64,000 nt of DNA from Epiperipatus broadwayi (lineage: Eukaryota > Animalia > Onychophora), in NCBI GenBank assembly GCA_028023455.1, contig JAQFVV010000007.1, forward strand, positions 13,764,001 through 13,828,000, in the 5' to 3' direction. Of this stretch, positions 24,855 to 37,385 are shown in pieces (positions within the stretch are counted from its first letter, which is position 1; each line of letters starts with the position of its first letter). A program made the position numbers and the translations under genes. Under the pieces are notes generated by a model that was not told the origin of the DNA, did not search any database, and saw only the letters and a program-made list of their open reading frames with translations.

Positions 24855-27474
24855 TGTACCGGTCAAAAATGTATGTCCATCCAACAAGATTTAGAATCTA
24901 AGCAAAAGTATCCCGAATCCAATCATGCATGAGATACACAGGTTAGGAGCAATCATGAATTCTAACCTATTTGTCCATTCCCCAAATCTATAACATTATG
25001 AATAACACCTATGGTGATACCATATAAATTCATTATATCCCGGCTCAGTGCTACAATGTTTTACATGAGACTCAACTGGTGATGATGATGAGAGATTGAA
25101 TGAACCCAAGATATTAAGTTACGAGTATACATAAATATAAATATTAATAAGGAAATCTGAACAACTGGATTAAGTTTAAAATATAAATATTTATTTTGAA
25201 CATAATTAAAGATGAGTTTTAGATATATATAATTGACTCTACACTTATAAAACTTTATCTCATTACAAACATTAAAGAATATTATTAAGGCTATATTGAT
25301 TTTGACAAATATTAAATTAGTGCAGCAGTTACCAGAAATGGATTTATCAAAGTGGTTTGGTGGCCATTTTATACATAAAAATATATTTATAAAGATATAA
25401 TTGAGTTTTGCTGATTAACGATTTCAATACATAAGTTTGATTTATTTAGATATTTGATTTATAACAATAACAATGAGGATACATTTTTGATCGGCAGCAT
25501 AAAACATTATTTCTTTTACATTTTCAATATTTAACGATGGGATATAGTGAAAACTCAATGATTGTGGGAAAGGTTTATTTCAGTAAAGAGGGAGGGCAGC
25601 TTCATGAGAAGTTGGGTTTAAACACCAACAAATAAAGAGAAAACAAAATGTTTTATTACCACATCTCACTATGATTTACTTTGCTAAACAGGCTGGAAAC
25701 TAACTGTAAGAATTGGCAGTGCCAGCATAATATCAGCGAGAAGGAATGGCACATTTGGCCAGGATAAGGTCATTCTCCAATTTCTTTATAATGATGGTAC
25801 ATGCCAGCTTTCTGCTAAGACAATACAGGAAGAGAAGGTGGGTAGGAGGGTTCTATGGGCCAGTCAGTGGTGCATTTATACACTATATCATCTACCCTAA
25901 CCTCAAGACTTCTTTTATAAATGAGGATACAAATGATGAGGCTTTGAATCCCTGGAGTGAGGTACAGGCGATTCAAAGCAGTATATAATATATATACTTG
26001 GAGAAGAATGACTAACAAAATGATCATGATTCCCTGGAGTGAGGTACAGGCGAGTCAGATCAAAGCCTTATGCGGCTTATGAATAATTGGACATATGCTA
26101 GCAACGCTATCATAATAATATAAAATCAATAAATTTAACTATTACAGAAAAGCTTTAAATGGTTTAACAAATATGTAATGACCTACATAATCTAAAGTCA
26201 TTGATTATAAATTAACTAACATTATGAAACTTGCAGGGCTCCACTCTTTCTGAATCAATATTTTAATATAGGAAATATAAAAAAACTAAAGTATTGCAAA
26301 TTACAAAACAAATTTAAGTCATCAGCCTTTGTGATGATGATGATCAATAAAAATTTTTATAAAACTAATGGACACCAATAGCCACCCCAGATTGCAAAAA
26401 TATTCATACATTTTGTATAAATTTATGATAAAACATTTAGATAAAAAATATTCATTTAAAGTATAACCCAAACTTACAAAGTATTTAAAATAATTAATAA
26501 GAACTCATTAATTCCCCATCCCTTCCTTTTTTAATAGAAGTTCATAAGATTAAGTTTTTAGTGGCATTTATAAATAAAGTGAGAGAATATAAAATTATTA
26601 CTAAACTTAAATCATAACCGCACTAACTGATAAAAATAATAAGAAGCATGAGTTGGGTGACAGAATAATTAAGCAGCAAAGAATTGATATAACAAAGCTT
26701 TAAAAAAAACATTACATAGAACAAAATTATTAGTTTACAAATTAAATTACATACTTAAAAGTGGATAAGGCAGTTATACAGTCTTTTGGCTGATTATCTC
26801 TGGATTCTTTGGAAGTACTGGCAAATCTTCTGTGGTAGGCATCATTCTTTAGGGCTACATTGCGGCAAGGGTCAGCTGAAGATGGCAGATGGCAACTTGG
26901 CTCTCCAAAATTTTAAATGGATGTGAAGTCACGTATCAATGACTGACCAAATTCTAACATAATAGATTTCTAGCTCTAATTATATCAGTTTTTGGCCCCT
27001 CAGAGAATATTTATTGTAAACTAGATTTCTTGCCTCTAATGGATCTCTATTTTAGGAGAATCTTTACTCTATTGTTAGTAAAGATTCAGTTTTAAGATAA
27101 CTGTCTAAAATCAATTCAAATCAATTTCCTGTTTGGAAATGGATTTGACAAAACAATGTTGATAGCTAACTAAAATCTGTTAGCTTTGTTTTAGTTTTTA
27201 CTTTTTAATTTTAATTTACAATTTCCCTTTTTTTTAAATCATGAGACAAACTCTCCACCCCTTTAATTATTTTAGACAGTTATCTTGAATTTATATTTTG
27301 TTTTATGAAAAAAAATTATAGCATATTAAAGTAAAAAATAAAAAAATACAATTTTAGAAGACACAAAATTATCTATAATATACATTTTACATCAACAAAA
27401 AAAAAGAAGCATGATGACACCTGGACTGTGGTAGAATCATGAAACTCGACCTTGGACTAAGGTCGATTGTTTCA
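24855..27474 (-). repeat. 5' LTR (2620 bp)
   Basis: Direct repeat of 21192-23807. Confidence 0.9.
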
Positions 27475-28470
27475 ATATGAATGCATAGTTATTCACAGTA
27501 TTCAGTACCAAATACTTGCTTTTTTAGGTCCATATGACTTGGTAGCATAATATAGAACATTAGTTCAGGGTGTCAGGGCAGCTTTAAAAATTGATTCTGG
27601 ACCATTGTGTTCTAGTTCTAAGTATGTCTGTCCAAACTAAATAATGGGGTGGCAATCACCTTCATCCCATTGTCAAAAAGAAGAACAGCAAGGCACAAAT
27701 ACCCATATAGTATTTAGTAAAAACACATTTGTAACACTTACTAAATAACACTAATACTGAAATCAAAGATAAATTTAATGTGCAAAATTTTATAGTTTCA
27801 TTCATGTGAAACTATCTTAACCCAGTTCTCAAATTAGAATACTTTAATCATGCTAAGAAGGGTTCATTAATAGCAATCCAGTTTAAAATTATTGAATCTG
27901 TATAATATATATAATAAACTATGAAAGAGAAAAACATATTTTGGGGTTTAAGCAATGATTAAAATATGACTTTAAATATTATCTCTGCCATTATGTAACT
28001 ATGATATATAATAATACTTCACAAACCTTACTGACAAGCTAGTACATAACAGTTTACATAAACATATATGTATAACAATGAGTCTGTAGCAGTCTGTTGT
28101 TATATATAAGAAAAGATTCTAAAATGATTTATGATTGCTAAACAGCAAAGAAATGATCTACTGGAGAGCTTCTAATTGTCTCTCTCTAAAGTTTTCTAAA
28201 TTACTTATCTCTGACTTGAAATTATGGCATATCTTAACATATTAATTAAAAATAAATAAAATAATCAAAATAAAAATAGGCATGACCACAGATTAGAAAA
28301 GTCAAATAGTAAATAAATACAGATATTATATGTAAGAGATGTTATTTACAATTACATTTATATTCATTTTTATAGGCAAGATTGTTACAGTTATAAATTT
28401 ACTTTAAAGTTACATTTAAAGATTTTATTAACAGGTTTAATAACTTAAGAATTATTACTTTATGAATGTT

Positions 28471-29376
28471 ATATATAGAGTACATAAAAACAAACTCTTA
28501 ACAAGCTTCAAAAATACCCTCAACCCCAGACCATGTTTTCTGCATCTAACATTGTTAGTGAGGTGTTAGGGATTAAAAGTACTAGAATTAGTCTAGCATT
28601 TTATCAATGCCTAACTATTGAGAAGAAAATATGAAACTTTCAGACATTTAAATGTCCAAAAATCCAGCTATCTAACTCAAATAGCTGTATGGGACTGAAC
28701 TAAATTCAGATACACCATATATTAATAGCTCTAGCAATATAAAATCGCCAAAGCCTTAATAGCAAAAACTAAAATTAAATTGATAAAAAATCAAGTCAGT
28801 CATCATATGACCTAATTTTAATAAAGCTTTATTAAATTAGGTCATATGACGCTAGATGCAGAAACTGCGGTCTGGGTTTGAGGGTATTTTTGAAGATTGT
28901 TAAGAGTGTTTTTTATGTACTCTATATATAACATTTGTAAATACGAGCTTTATTAAAATTAGGTCATATGACATCTGACTTGATTTTTTATCAATTTAAT
29001 TTTAGTTTTTGCTATTAAGGCTTTGGCAATTTTATATTGCTAAAGCTATGAATATATGGTGTATCTGAATTTAGTTCAGTCCTATACAGCTATTTGAGTT
29101 AGATAGCTGGATTTTTAGACATTTATATGTCTAAAAGTTTCAGATTTTCTTCTCAATAGTTAGGCATTGATAAAAGGCTAGACTAATTCTAGTATTTTTA
29201 ATCCCTAACACCTCACTGACGACACTAGATGCAGAAACCGCGGTCTGGAGTTGAGAGTATTTTTGAAGCTTGTTAAGAGTTTGTTTTTTATATACTCTAT
29301 ATATAACATTTGTAAATACGAGCTTTATTAAAATTAGGTCATATGACATCTGACTTGATTTTTTATCAATTTGAGC
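28471..29376. mobile_element. Inverted-plus-tandem hammerhead repeat insertion (about 374-nt monomer)
   Basis: One minus monomer, a short hairpin junction at 28803-28850, then about 1.4 plus monomers; 11-bp direct repeat TTATGAATGTT at 28460-28470 and 29377-29387. Confidence 0.85.
29212..29250 (+). ncRNA. Minimal type I hammerhead motif
   Basis: CTCA-CTGACGA-(consensus TGC tagat GCA)-GAA-ACCGCGGT-C-TGGAG; palindromic stem III and a GTC site. Sister copies at 28524-28563 (minus, decayed) and 28851-28876 (3' half). Confidence 0.7.
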
Positions 29377-30203
29377 TTATGAATGTTTATTACAGATAGC
29401 TGGCTTAGAGAATTTATTAAGAATTTTAAAAAAGGTTTGTAAAACTCTGCAGAGAAGAAATATTACCAATCTCTAGGCTGAGTTATCTGGCATTTGAATA
29501 GGCACTGGCATTTCTCTGACTAGGTTGTCTCCTTGGTGTTGAATTTGGCAGTTGGTGGTACTAGTCTCCATTCCATGGCAATGATGATGATGTGCAGTAG
29601 GGAGAAAGTTATGATTCTTTTGAAGAAAGACAGCAAAGCTCATGCCTTCCTAGCCATTCATGTTAATTTTTAAAATGGGCATACCTTCCAGCAGTAACTG
29701 CTTAACTTTATATAAGAGAGTTTTCATGCTAAAATTTGGGATATTTTATGTGAGATTTCTGACCCCCTTGTAAAGCCTTTAACTTGTTTACAACAAATTT
29801 AGCATCTTTTAAATTTTACATTAGCATCTTAATAAAGAAAAAAGGAAATCTCTAGCAAATTCGAAATAGTGCTGCTTGGATGATTTTACATTGTCCTAGA
29901 TATATTTTAAATTTGTTTTTTTTTTTAAAAAAGATGCTTGACCTCCACACAAATCTAACACAGGTTGCATGTGGCATAATATTTTAACAAGAATTATTTA
30001 ATATTTTTAAAACTAAATTATTTTGTGTAAACAGTCCACTATATATGTATGTTGGTCACTCCTAAAATTGAAATTATATATGCCAGTCTTAAGCCAAATA
30101 ATGAATAACTTCATACATTAAATTTATAACTAATTAAAGATTTAAAATATAAATATAATTGTTTTATAATGTTTATTAAATCTATTATGTTACAGCTTCA
30201 TTC

Positions 30204-30250
<47 letters not shown>

Positions 30251-30344
30251 AACAGATGGCGTTCTACCAAAAACACTGTCAAGCATAGTTTTCTGTTTAC
30301 ATAAACGTCAGAGCGAGCATTCACTATCTCTAACTTTAATTCCA

Positions 30345-30388
30345 CTTTCAGATCATGATTTCAAGCTATTTGCTATCATCAGTGAAAG
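30345..30388 (-). ncRNA. Intact minimal type I hammerhead ribozyme
   Basis: CTTTCA-CTGATGA-TAGC(aaata)GCTT-GAA-ATCATGAT-C-TGAAAG. Confidence 0.85.
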
Positions 30389-30931
30389 ACAGGAATAAGA
30401 AACTAGATCTAAACACAAACTCTGAGCATTTATGAAACAGTTTCTATTCAGCTTGCAATCATGAATCTTTTAGACACGTTAATATCTTCAAACTCAGCAT
30501 AGAAAGCCAGATAGCTACATGGGTCTGATCTCAGTTCAGCATCACCACCTAGTAGAAGCCTCTGCAATATACATCATTGCAAGAAAGATCTCAAAGGTAC
30601 ATTTATGAAAAACAAAAAAATACAAGTTAAATAACTTGCTAATGCTTGTATTTATGATAACAGATGGTGTTCTACCAAAAACACCATTTTTTAACTTGTG
30701 TTTTTTTGTTTTTCATAAATGTACCTTTGAGGTCTTTCTTGCAATGATGTATATTGCAGGGCTTCTACTATGTGGTGATGCTGAACTGAGATCAGACCCT
30801 TGTAGCTATCTGGCTTGCTACGCTGAGTTTGAAGACATTAACGTGTCTAAAAGATTCATGATTGCAAGCTGAATAGAAACTGTTTCATAAATGCTCAGAG
30901 TTTGTGTTTAGATCTAGTTTCTTATTTCTGT

Positions 30932-30975
30932 CTTTCACTGACGATAGCAAATAGCTTGAAATCATGATCTGAAAG
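30932..30975 (+). ncRNA. Intact minimal type I hammerhead ribozyme
   Basis: CTTTCA-CTGACGA-TAGC(aaata)GCTT-GAA-ATCATGAT-C-TGAAAG; predicted cleavage after C30969. Confidence 0.85.
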
Positions 30976-32777
30976 TGGAATTAAAGTTAAAGATAGTGAA
31001 TGCTCGCTCTGATGTTTATGTAAACAGAAAACTACGCTTGACGGTGTTTTTGGTAGAACGCCATCTGTTATCATAAATACAAGCATTAGCAAGTTTTTTA
31101 ACTTGTGTTTTTTTGTTTTTCATATATATATATAAGTGTGATAATACTTACATAATGATGTTTATACAAATAAGCATTTAATTTAACATATGAAATATAA
31201 TTGAATATACATATTATACATAGTTATACATAAATATATATTAATAAATGTGAATATATGTGCACTATGTGAGGTTTAAACTTAGAATAAACACTACTAT
31301 GAAACATAGGTGAATCAGGATATGTGCCAATATATACCATTTCAGTGTTAATATATGTTATTGTATTGTTAATTCAAGTTTATTGACCTTTTAATAATCA
31401 TCTGCATTCTTACAGAAATCTATTATACTGGCTATCACAAACCTATATTAACTTATGATGCATTGAGAGTACATAAATACAAAGAATTTGACATAAAGTC
31501 ACTTTATTTAAAATTATATTTCTGATGTTAAGAAAGCATCAAAGAAAAAAAGATGGAACCCTTACAGGCTCTACATCTCCTCTTTTCCATTAAATTTCCA
31601 TGACTTGTTTATTACAGATATCAATGTTTATCATTATCTTAACTGATCTAAATGTAGAGTTTTATAGGACTTATATATGTGGTCCTGCTTTTATTGATTT
31701 ATTAATTTAAAAAAAATTGAAGTTGTCAATATTTTTTGAAGAATCTTCAAATATCAAACATCTTGACTCTATTGTTAATGAAACAAATCATTGACAAATA
31801 TTTAAAACAAAAAGTATACACATATACATTTCAATTTTATTCATATAACTTTTATTTTTGAAAATTGAATTTAATAAACTTGATTGTCATATTAACAAAG
31901 AAAATGATGGTATAAGTTATATCATGCATGGCGTAATGTCCTCATCACATATTAGGATTGACTTAGTATTAGAATCTTTTCAAATATTGTACAAATTATA
32001 AAGCAAATATCAAGTTTTAAGTAGAATTTGTTAGATTTAATATAAATCTACATTTATTTGGAATTAAACATAGGAAAATAAAAAAGAATTAGTTCATTTT
32101 CTGCAAAGTGTTTACTTTCTTATCATTGTATGACACATCACATCTTTTTTTTTACAACTCATTTTTTTAGTATGTGCATCATTCAAATTTCAATATTAAA
32201 TAAAGATTTTATAGAGACATGGAAAGTGGAGCATTTTCAAAAAAATTTCCACATATAATAAAAAAAAATTGCAAGATTTTTTAATACCAAATTAATGAAA
32301 CCATCTTGCAGTCTCAAATATTTGTGATGCAAATTCTAATAATATTAACACCACCACTAATGAGCACTAGCTACTAAATATGTAACAATGAGAATAATTA
32401 ATTACTCATTTTTATTTAGACACTAAATATTCTCACTACTACACATTTCATAGATATTGTTTTTTTTATTAGCAGTTTCATTTTCAATTTATTTAGAACT
32501 GTAATCTGGATTAATTAACACTTTACGAATATCCTCAATAATTAATAGTGTCATCATTTCAAACATCAATGATTGATTTATAACCCAAACAACATGATAA
32601 AAATGAAGTAAAAGTGTACTAGTTTTAATAAAATAATCTTGATACAATAAAAAATCTTGATATCAGAAAAAATTCATTATTTGCAAATTTGTTAAAATGT
32701 CTATAGTAATACTGACTCTTGTGTGTTATTATACTGTGGCATTCAAAATTAGTTTTTCCAAAGACCTTATTAAATTT

Positions 32778-32960
32778 TCATCATCACCATCATCATCATT
32801 AACCATTATCAATATATGGCAGGATGAAGATCTCTCCAAGTTCAAACCATCTCCAATATTTAGCTTCTCTTCTCCACATTACTACTGCACATCTTATTTC
32901 ATCCATCCATCTCACATATGGTCTCTTTCTGTGACTTTTACAATCTTTTGGAATCCAAAA
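32778..32960 (-). mobile_element. 5'-truncated 3' end of the RTE family seen at 58739-59617
   Basis: Reverse complement aligns to 59445-59617, including the (GAT)n tail. Confidence 0.85.
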
Positions 32961-33324
32961 ATCTTCATAGAGTTATATTTTTAATTGTGATCAATGGTTT
33001 ATGGTATTATTAAAATTATTAGAATATACATGTGGTAAAATTAAATACTAAATTGGATGGAAATATCCATTGAACAATTACAATTTTTTTTAACACCATG
33101 CATCACATTTTTAGCCAGAAATAGCTTTTTTTTGGAATCAACTTTATCTTTAAAAAGTCATACAAAGGCTTTTGTTAATTTCTAGAGCATGTTATTAAAT
33201 ATATGATTATCAATTTTAATTGAGTTGCCTAATAACATTATTTGGGGGCATTTTTTCACTAATTATTACACAGAATTTCTAATTTATTTAATCTTTACAT
33301 GCACACACATACACTTTTAACACC

Positions 33325-33356
<32 letters not shown>

Positions 33357-33358
<2 letters not shown>

Positions 33359-33480
33359 CAAAAGTGTTTTTTACACTTGAGAAGTCTTCTTCTAGTAGTG
33401 AAACTATTAGTTGTGTTTTAGAGCTTTTTTTTTTTTGGCTAATCTGGTTGAATTGTGAATTTGGGTTAATTTGGATTATT
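33357..33480 (+). mobile_element. Solo Penelope pLTR piece with a U3-A8-type hammerhead (33373-33416), between (TA)n tracts
   Basis: ACAC-TTGAGAA-...-GAAACTATTAGT-T-GTGT; homologous to 40310-40420 (reverse complement). Confidence 0.65.
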
Positions 33481-33795
33481 TATTGACTAGTTTAGCTTTA
33501 TACTTTTAATATATATATATATATATTAAGGAGTCCTATTTTATAAATAGTACAGATAATGTGTTGAATAAACAGTGTCATTGTGTTAATATTCACAATT
33601 TATGGAAAGTAGGTAATTCACGTGAGAACGTTACTGGTGTGAGAGTTTGATCATATTTAAATATTAACAGTTTGCTACTTAAGATGGTGGAATATACCGA
33701 AGCTAGCTATAGCAAAGAATTTTAATCTTTAATTTTATACAGGCATTTTTTAAAATTTTGTAGTTTTTATTCTAGTGAATATATATATATATATA

Positions 33796-34012
33796 GTTTC
33801 TAGTTCTCCTACCCTTTACTGATGATAGCCAATTAGCTTGAAACCATGGTTTAAAGGTTGGAGACAATTTGAAAAAGATATTGAATTTTCGATTCTCTCT
33901 CAGCATTTATTGAAAACAAGCTTGAGTGGGCTATTGGCAAAGCTCCATCTGTGATCATAAAATGCAAGCTATAAGCAGGTTAAAAAAATTTTTAACTTGT
34001 TTTTGTTTATCA
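33796..34012 (+). mobile_element. Diverged relative of the 30246-31112 family, between (TA)n tracts
   Basis: Shares the 3' end ccatctgt.atcataaa...tttaacttgt...tttgttt.tcata and the hammerhead layout. Confidence 0.7.
33813..33857 (+). ncRNA. Intact minimal type I hammerhead ribozyme
   Basis: CCTTTA-CTGATGA-TAGC(caatta)GCTT-GAA-ACCATGGT-T-TAAAGG. Confidence 0.85.
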
Positions 34013-35315
34013 TATATATATATATATACATATATATCCATGATTCAGTGACTAAAATATTATCCCTACATTTATAATCTGTACTCAAAGTGAAATCAAA
34101 AGTTTGTTAATAGTCGAAGAAATTTTGTAAGTATTTGAATTTTTTTCCAGATAGCCAGATCATATTCAAACCAGACCATATTCCAATATTAAAAATGGTT
34201 ACATAATAATATTTTGTAGTTAAATATGCTAGATGGTTGCAAGTAATCTATTGTTAGTTTGTGGTCTTTCCAAAATCCCTTCACAAAAAATAGTGAAAAA
34301 TTATACCTCATTATGCTGTTCAACTAGTACTTTTATAAAAGATTTTTTGCTTTTGTTTTAAATTTTAGCTCACAGAGTTGTATCTAAATTTGTCTACAGA
34401 CAAATAGTAAGACAGCTATCTCAATCGATTAGAATTGTTACCAAAATTATTCTTCAATTTTTTAAATACTTTCAAGTTACAAACATATTTGAACCTATGA
34501 ATATTGGCATAAAATGTAGGCACATTATGTACTATAACATGAGATTATATACAAATGTATGATTCTATATATATTTTAAATTCGTTTTTCTTTTTGCCAA
34601 TTTTTTCTATAGAATAAATTATTGCTAATATAAATAAATAATAATAGTTTTATATATTTTACACAATGCAGTACTTTATTTTATCCTACTTTCAAAATAG
34701 CTGATACATTTGCTGTCTAACAGTCTTCCTCAATGCTTCTTAAGGAGCTTTGAAAAAGTATCTTAGTTAACCTGACACCTATGTTTTCTCAACCTTTCCA
34801 AAACTATGGGATTTTTCTTTCCATAGCCAATATGTCTTTAATGGCAGAAATCCTAGTAAATAAATCTTTTGCTTAAACAATTTAAAAGAACAAATAATGA
34901 TGTATTACTTTATAATTATTATATACTAACTATTTTAATTTATTTGGTGATACAAAACATAGTTTGGAATAAAAACTATTTATACAGATAATGTTTATAC
35001 AAAGTGTAAGATCAAGATTTAAATTCAGGAACCTTAGATTAATGGTAGATCACTTTCATCCAAGATTCTTTTTTTTGTGCTTCCTGATACAGGACTGTAC
35101 TATCTTATGATTAATTTGCATACCCAGTGTAGTTTAGCATTGCTTTAGTGTGTCAAAATCTGGATTGCAAAGACCTTGAATCAATTGGTATTTTATGTGG
35201 CCACATATCTTACAATGTTTTGAGGAATAAAGGCATTTCAGTCTTTTTTACATTTAAATTTACAATGAGCAACATTTTAAAATGTAGGGTACACAAATAG
35301 TCAAGTTTATTTTTA

Positions 35316-35318
<3 letters not shown>

Positions 35319-35382
<64 letters not shown>
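35319..35382. repeat. (TA)n microsatellite (others at about 19295, 24090, 30206, 33329, 40125 and 51605)
   Basis: Direct reading; explains the IYIY ORFs in the track. Confidence 0.95.
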
Positions 35383-35386
<4 letters not shown>

Positions 35387-36231
35387 AATTGAAGATGCAT
35401 ATATGGTATCAATTAGTACTTGTAAATATTTGTTATTGTCTGGTGAATACTTTTTTAATGAAGGCATTAGTGATAATTAAAAATAATTAAAGAGTACCTT
35501 GAATTGGTTCAAAAATCAACTGATGTTATTTGAAAATTGCTGATTGTAGTTTTATGTTATAAAAGTACAAATTGTGTTGTATTTATGATATAGAATTGGT
35601 TTTAATTTGACATCAATAATTAATAATTCTGCAAGAGAGCTGTACTGAATATTTTCAAGTTCTACTTCTTAGGCCAAAACATTATTTATCATTTGTGTTA
35701 ATATTCTGAATTTAATAATAGTTTTTTTTTTTTTGCTTATCATATTGATTCACACAAAATGTCTCATACTGATTAATTTCATCAGTTTTCTTTATTAATC
35801 TACTTCAGAGATATATATTTTATATTTCTATAATTAATAAATACCAATGATTATACAATACTGAATCTTTTTTATGTTGTGTCTAAAGACATATGAATCT
35901 TACCTGTGTCTCAATGTCAACAGTTATTTTTATAATAATGCCATTTAGAAAGATTCCACACAAGATCTATCAATTATGCAGGCTCCAATGAAAGTCATTT
36001 TATTAGTCTAGTATAATGGCAATTTACTTACCAAACCTGATTTTTCATGGGAATATTTTGAATTTTTACACAAAAACATAGAATTCATGTGCATTATATA
36101 TGTGTGTGATATTGTAGATGGAATCACTCTTCACACACACAATAGGAAATTGACAAGCATTCTCCCAATCAACAAATGTTTTAAAAGTATTTATGTTTCT
36201 TTGGCTGAAAATTTAAGTATGATTATATATA

Positions 36232-36389
36232 TAGGGCGTTTGAACTCAGACCTTCACATGACTCTCAATTCTCCACACTATCTCATACAGATGACACACT
36301 TGATCACACACGTCAAAAAGACAAATAATCACGAATATTCATATTTTGTGCTAAACCAGCACTCATCAGTTGGTCCAGATTATCATCTT

Positions 36390-36429
<40 letters not shown>

Positions 36430-36670
36430 CATACACACACAATCAATGCTCAGTTTATATTAAGATAGCCATTCTTCATATTTTAATAGACAGGCTTCAA
36501 TCCACTACACAACTCTTCAGCCATCCATTTCATTGAAAATCTGATGATGGAATGCTCAAAGCTTTCATTGGTACCAACCTTCTCATCCTACTTATGTTGA
36601 CCATAAATCACTCTGATCCCTCATGTACAGGACATAATTCATTTACATACATATATGAGGGATGGGCAGA
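36232..36670 (-). mobile_element. Solo arm of the 12002-12901 hammerhead family, with an internal (CA)n(TA)n expansion
   Basis: Homologous to 12055-12449; hammerhead with GTGCT/AGCAC stem II and GAAA decayed to AAAA at a CpG. Confidence 0.8.
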
Positions 36671-37385
36671 CCTTATTTTTGTGTAAAAGGTTTTGACATA
36701 AAGAACTACATTGTCTAGTAAATAATAATACCTTTTTAAATAAATAAAAAAAAATATAACTCCATAATACTTTAGTTCCAGAAGAAAAAATTAAAGGAAT
36801 AAAATTACAACAGAAAATCCTTCCTTGATGTTGATATTACAGAGTCACCAGGTTCATAATTGTAATCGCAAAGAAAAATAAAACTTGTGATATCAACAGT
36901 AAATATTTATTGATGGAAGATTGTGAATCAATTTTCTAGTGTCTTTGTGAAGAGTAGTTTTCTACTACAATATTATATATATAAATTTCTATATTATTAA
37001 TTAGTGTGTATAAACCTTTAGCCCATTTAGCACGGACAACTGTTTCCTCAAAACTCGTCAGTAAAGCAAGAATATCATATAAAAAGCAAACTGTTATAAT
37101 AGTTTTCTATGGAAAAAACTGTGGCTAATTACTCCAGATAAAAAATTTCATTATAAACTGTATATATTGTATTGTTATACAACTTAATCTAATATATATA
37201 CTAATTAAAAATACCCTTAATTTACATTCAGTGCTTGTGTAAGATGCACTATGTTTGTATTATGTAGGCATGCACTTAAAACATGTATTAATGTAAAATA
37301 ATCGAACTTAAATCTCATCAATCATTTTCATCAATTTTTGTGAGACATTTTATTAGCTGTTCATTCTAAGATCAATCTTTATCTT

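Larger units (their letters stand above)
21192..27474 (-). mobile_element. Non-autonomous LTR retroelement with 2.6-kb LTRs and a 1047-bp non-coding interior (LARD/TRIM-like)
   Basis: Direct repeats 21192-23807 and 24855-27474 with TG...CA termini; ATAT TSD at 21188-21191 and 27475-27478; PPT and PBS give the minus orientation. Confidence 0.85.
30246..31112. mobile_element. Fold-back hammerhead repeat insertion (about 407-nt monomer, slightly more than one unit on each strand) within (TA)n
   Basis: Near-identical inverted arms with terminal redundancy on both strands; (TA)n on both flanks. Confidence 0.9.

Noticed and set aside
28471-31112. CRISPR-like or phage-type repeat system
   Set aside because: No short repeat-spacer periodicity or cas genes; the context is eukaryotic and intron-rich.
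29396-34200. Further + strand exon candidates (29396-29434 IAGLENLLRILKK; from 31416; from 34151)
   Set aside because: Plausible acceptors, but weak donors and several frames fit equally well; cannot be distinguished from chance.
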